Below are positions 61,051 to 64,000 of a DNA stretch of 64,000 nucleotides, piece by piece (positions within the stretch are counted from its first letter, which is position 1; every line of letters begins with the position of its first letter). The DNA is from the human T2T-CHM13v2.0 reference genome, Homo sapiens, in assembly GCF_009914755.1 (NCBI RefSeq), contig NC_060935.1; one strand, 5' to 3'. The position numbers and the translations under genes were made by a program. The notes below the pieces were generated by a model. That model made no database searches and was not told the origin of the DNA. It saw only the letters and a program-made list of their open reading frames with translations.

Positions 61051-62689
61051 CTGGATGCCAGATTTTTTATTAATTTATTTAAGTTCAACCAATTGGAGCA
61101 TATTCAGCGATACCTGAGAGAGACGTAAATTTAACTTGTTTCATGGCTATTTATATACAAAAACACAGTGCAAAAGCTAAGGAATTCTAAGTCAGATGGA
61201 GTTAACCATGGATTAATTACTAGAGAAGGGGAAGGCTGGTAGATTTGATTTGTGTGCTCTGTGAAGATAAAAAAGTGGAAGTCTTGAGATTTTATTCGTA
61301 GTGCTTAAATGAGTGAATAATGTATATCATATAAGTTAAAATTGATTGAAAGAACAACTCATATAAAGCTTTTATCTGAATAAGTAAGAACTGTGTTTAT
61401 ATGGTTCATTTTCACAGGTATGTATCATTTTGTGATATATAATAAGGTGTTGTGTTGAAAATTCAATTATGACATCTAAACAGCTTCTTTGGGAAAGTCT
61501 GTGATGGTATCCTTTTATTTGAGAAATTCTAATGATTAACTAAATGGCGTACGTAATCCATACTATATGTAACAGTTTTACAAAAGTAAAGTTATTTCCA
61601 CTGATTTCTCTGAGAAAGATTGTTGGCCCAAATTGTCAGCACTATAAATCCTCATTCACTCATTAAAGGGGTGAGCTATTGGAATTGTCTCCTAGCTTAA
61701 ACTGTCGAGCAGAACAACAAACAAATACAACATGGGAGTGGACGAGATTGCAGATGATCATACTATTCAGAAAACATAAGGCATGTTACCTATCTTACTC
61801 TTAGAATATTTAGAATATCTATTTCTAGAACTGCATGGGCCTAATATACTTGGGTTGAAACTTGGCTTGAAGTGTATTCTATAGATCATTATGGCTCTGT
61901 TGGATACATATTTTTTATGCCAACAAATTGTGTAGAAAATAATCTTTCCTCAAATCCATTAAATTTTTCCATCTCTGGTTTCAACCCTCTTATTTTTTGT
62001 GGACAGTCACAAAATTCTCTTTTAATTCCTTTTGGACAATTTCCAATAGCTCTTCCAATACATTTTCTCCTTCATTTGCTCTCAGCTCAACACAATATGC
62101 CTTAGAGTCCCTAATGGCTTTAGTGTTCACAGGAAGTCTTTATTTTCTCTCCCAGTCTTGACAACAATTTATTTTAGCACCTTGATCCTTCAATTTTTTC
62201 TCAGAGTTATTTTCAACTGGATTATTTTTCCTGTCTTATATAGTCTTCTTTATAAAGGCAAGTTGTGGAGCTGAGCCCTTTATTTGAAAGACTAGAGTAA
62301 AAGAAGTCTACTTGTTTCCATAGCCCCATTTATTGTACTGTAATTAACTAAGGAAACATGAAATCAGATCTAGATTTAAACATACAAGAAGATAAATTCT
62401 AATTTTTGAAGGGTGTTTTATCCCATCTCTTTGAAATTAAGAGACTCAAACATGACTCACAATCCTAATCAGGAAACTGACATTTTAGTAAATTCCTATG
62501 ATTACATAATAGACAGCATTTTCTACTTTATATTATTCTCTTCAGTACTGCTTCTGTAAATGGAATGTTATTCTAGGGAAACACCAGTAATGGATGTAGA
62601 AAATGTTATTTATTTATTTTGATGTGAAACCTTTGTTATCATAAATGTAGCTAGGGAGACTGTGGATTTTAAGTGGAACAATGAATTTA

Positions 62690-62868
62690 TCATTATAGTA
62701 CTGAAAAGGACTTAGTAGGCAGATAATCTGATTTATCATCTTATTTTATAAATAAGGAAGCGTAATTCACTGAGGTAAATTGACTGGGAAAAGACTACAC
62801 CATTATTGACCAACACAGTAGAGTCCTTAACCCTCTGTTGATTTTTCCTCCAGGGCTCTTCGCTATGA
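62690..62868 (-). mobile_element. MIR (MIR3/MIRc-like)
   Basis: gaaaaggacttag...cttattttataaataaggaa..ctgaggtaaattgact...ctccagggctctt. Confidence 0.55.
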
Positions 62869-64000
62869 ACTTTTTGCTGAAATCCTACTCAGCTCTGTAA
62901 AGTGGGTTCTTACGGCAGTTTATCTGTGTTTCAGTGATCTGAAAATCTTAACTGTTCTGTTTATGTAGAGCAAGGATGGAAATGTGGAAAATTGCAGGAG
63001 CATCTGGCTCTTTATATCTATCACAATATCAAAGCGACTTTTTGGTCAACTGTTATCTCAATAGAAATGAGACTCCTTTTAAGTTACCTCAAGGAATATT
63101 TGGAATAGCTCCCCTTTCACACTGCTACTGAAAAGATGGTCCTTAGCATGGCACTTCTCTGTGAACTATGTATCACTGGACCATGTAAGACAAGTAAATA
63201 AATTGAGAAAATATATATAGAAAATTTATAATAAGCTCTCATTGCTGCAACTTCCATGTGTGTTTTTAGAGGATTCTTCTTGTAGAACAGACTACGGAAT
63301 AATTCCTTGTTGTCACCTGGTGAGGGATATGTGACGTGAGCTGTGTGCTAGTCATGAGTCAGAGGACCAATTCTGGTTCACAAAAGAAATGATCTTTTTA
63401 TTTTATTTTTTTTTAAAAAAGGTCCTTTACTGTACATTTTGAGCGGCACAGCTCTAGAGAATTGAAAATTCAGGGGTTGGCAGCTTCTGTTGACACAGGC
63501 TGCTTAAATATTTGGTAGGTTTCGATTTTCCATTGCCTTATCCTCTTCAGGTAGCTTCTGTAATTATAAAAATGATTGCCTAAAGACAAAAAGTTCTAGT
63601 AACTATGGTCTTAGTTAACCTATGAGTTAACCTATGAGCAGAAGTTACTTACTATTAATGGATATATTGGGTGAGAGGCTAGAAAACTGTAACAAAACAC
63701 AAGAAGCTTGTTTTGATTTTCTTTCTGAATGGATTGAAGTAAATGGGAAAACAGTGCATTTGCCTACTAATTCCTGGGGGAAAACATGTTCTTTGAATGA
63801 GAGCGAAGACATATGAAGTATTCAGTTTCCTAGCAATGTGTTAAAAGGATTGGGGAGAAGGAGTCAGAAGGGATCTTCCTCATTGACAACATAAAAAATA
63901 TTTTGAGATGACCCAGGAAATCAGGGGACTTGAAATATGCAAGTGACCTCTCATCCGTCTCTGAGAATGTGTGGAGCTACACGATTTTGTTGGAGTTCAA

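Overview
AT-rich, repeat-dense human-type genomic DNA, intergenic or deep intronic. A near-perfect AluYb8 at 47008-47321 points to Homo sapiens. I can support no intact host protein-coding exon, RNA gene or CRISPR array. The long ORFs are LINE-1 ORF2 fragments, and the remaining ORFs are chance frames, many inside Alu, MaLR or microsatellite DNA. The window holds nested ancient L1M fragments (0-12 kb), solo ERV1 LTRs (MER4E-like, MER61-like) with 4-bp TSDs, a complete THE1B provirus, about 15 Alus, L2/MIR/MLT relics, MER3 and MER20 DNA transposons, a twin-primed 5'-inverted L1PA2-like insertion (24244-26560) and a 5'-truncated L1PA3-like copy without TSD (56600-59243). The oddest observation is that these two L1s, from different subfamilies and about 32 kb apart, share six scattered non-consensus coding changes, including the same two-base GC>TA nonsense change. 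That implies ectopic gene conversion, an unrecognised L1 sublineage, or an assembly/polishing artefact. I found no evidence of a new multi-gene system. Subfamily names come from remembered consensus diagnostics, not from a database search, and old-repeat boundaries are approximate.
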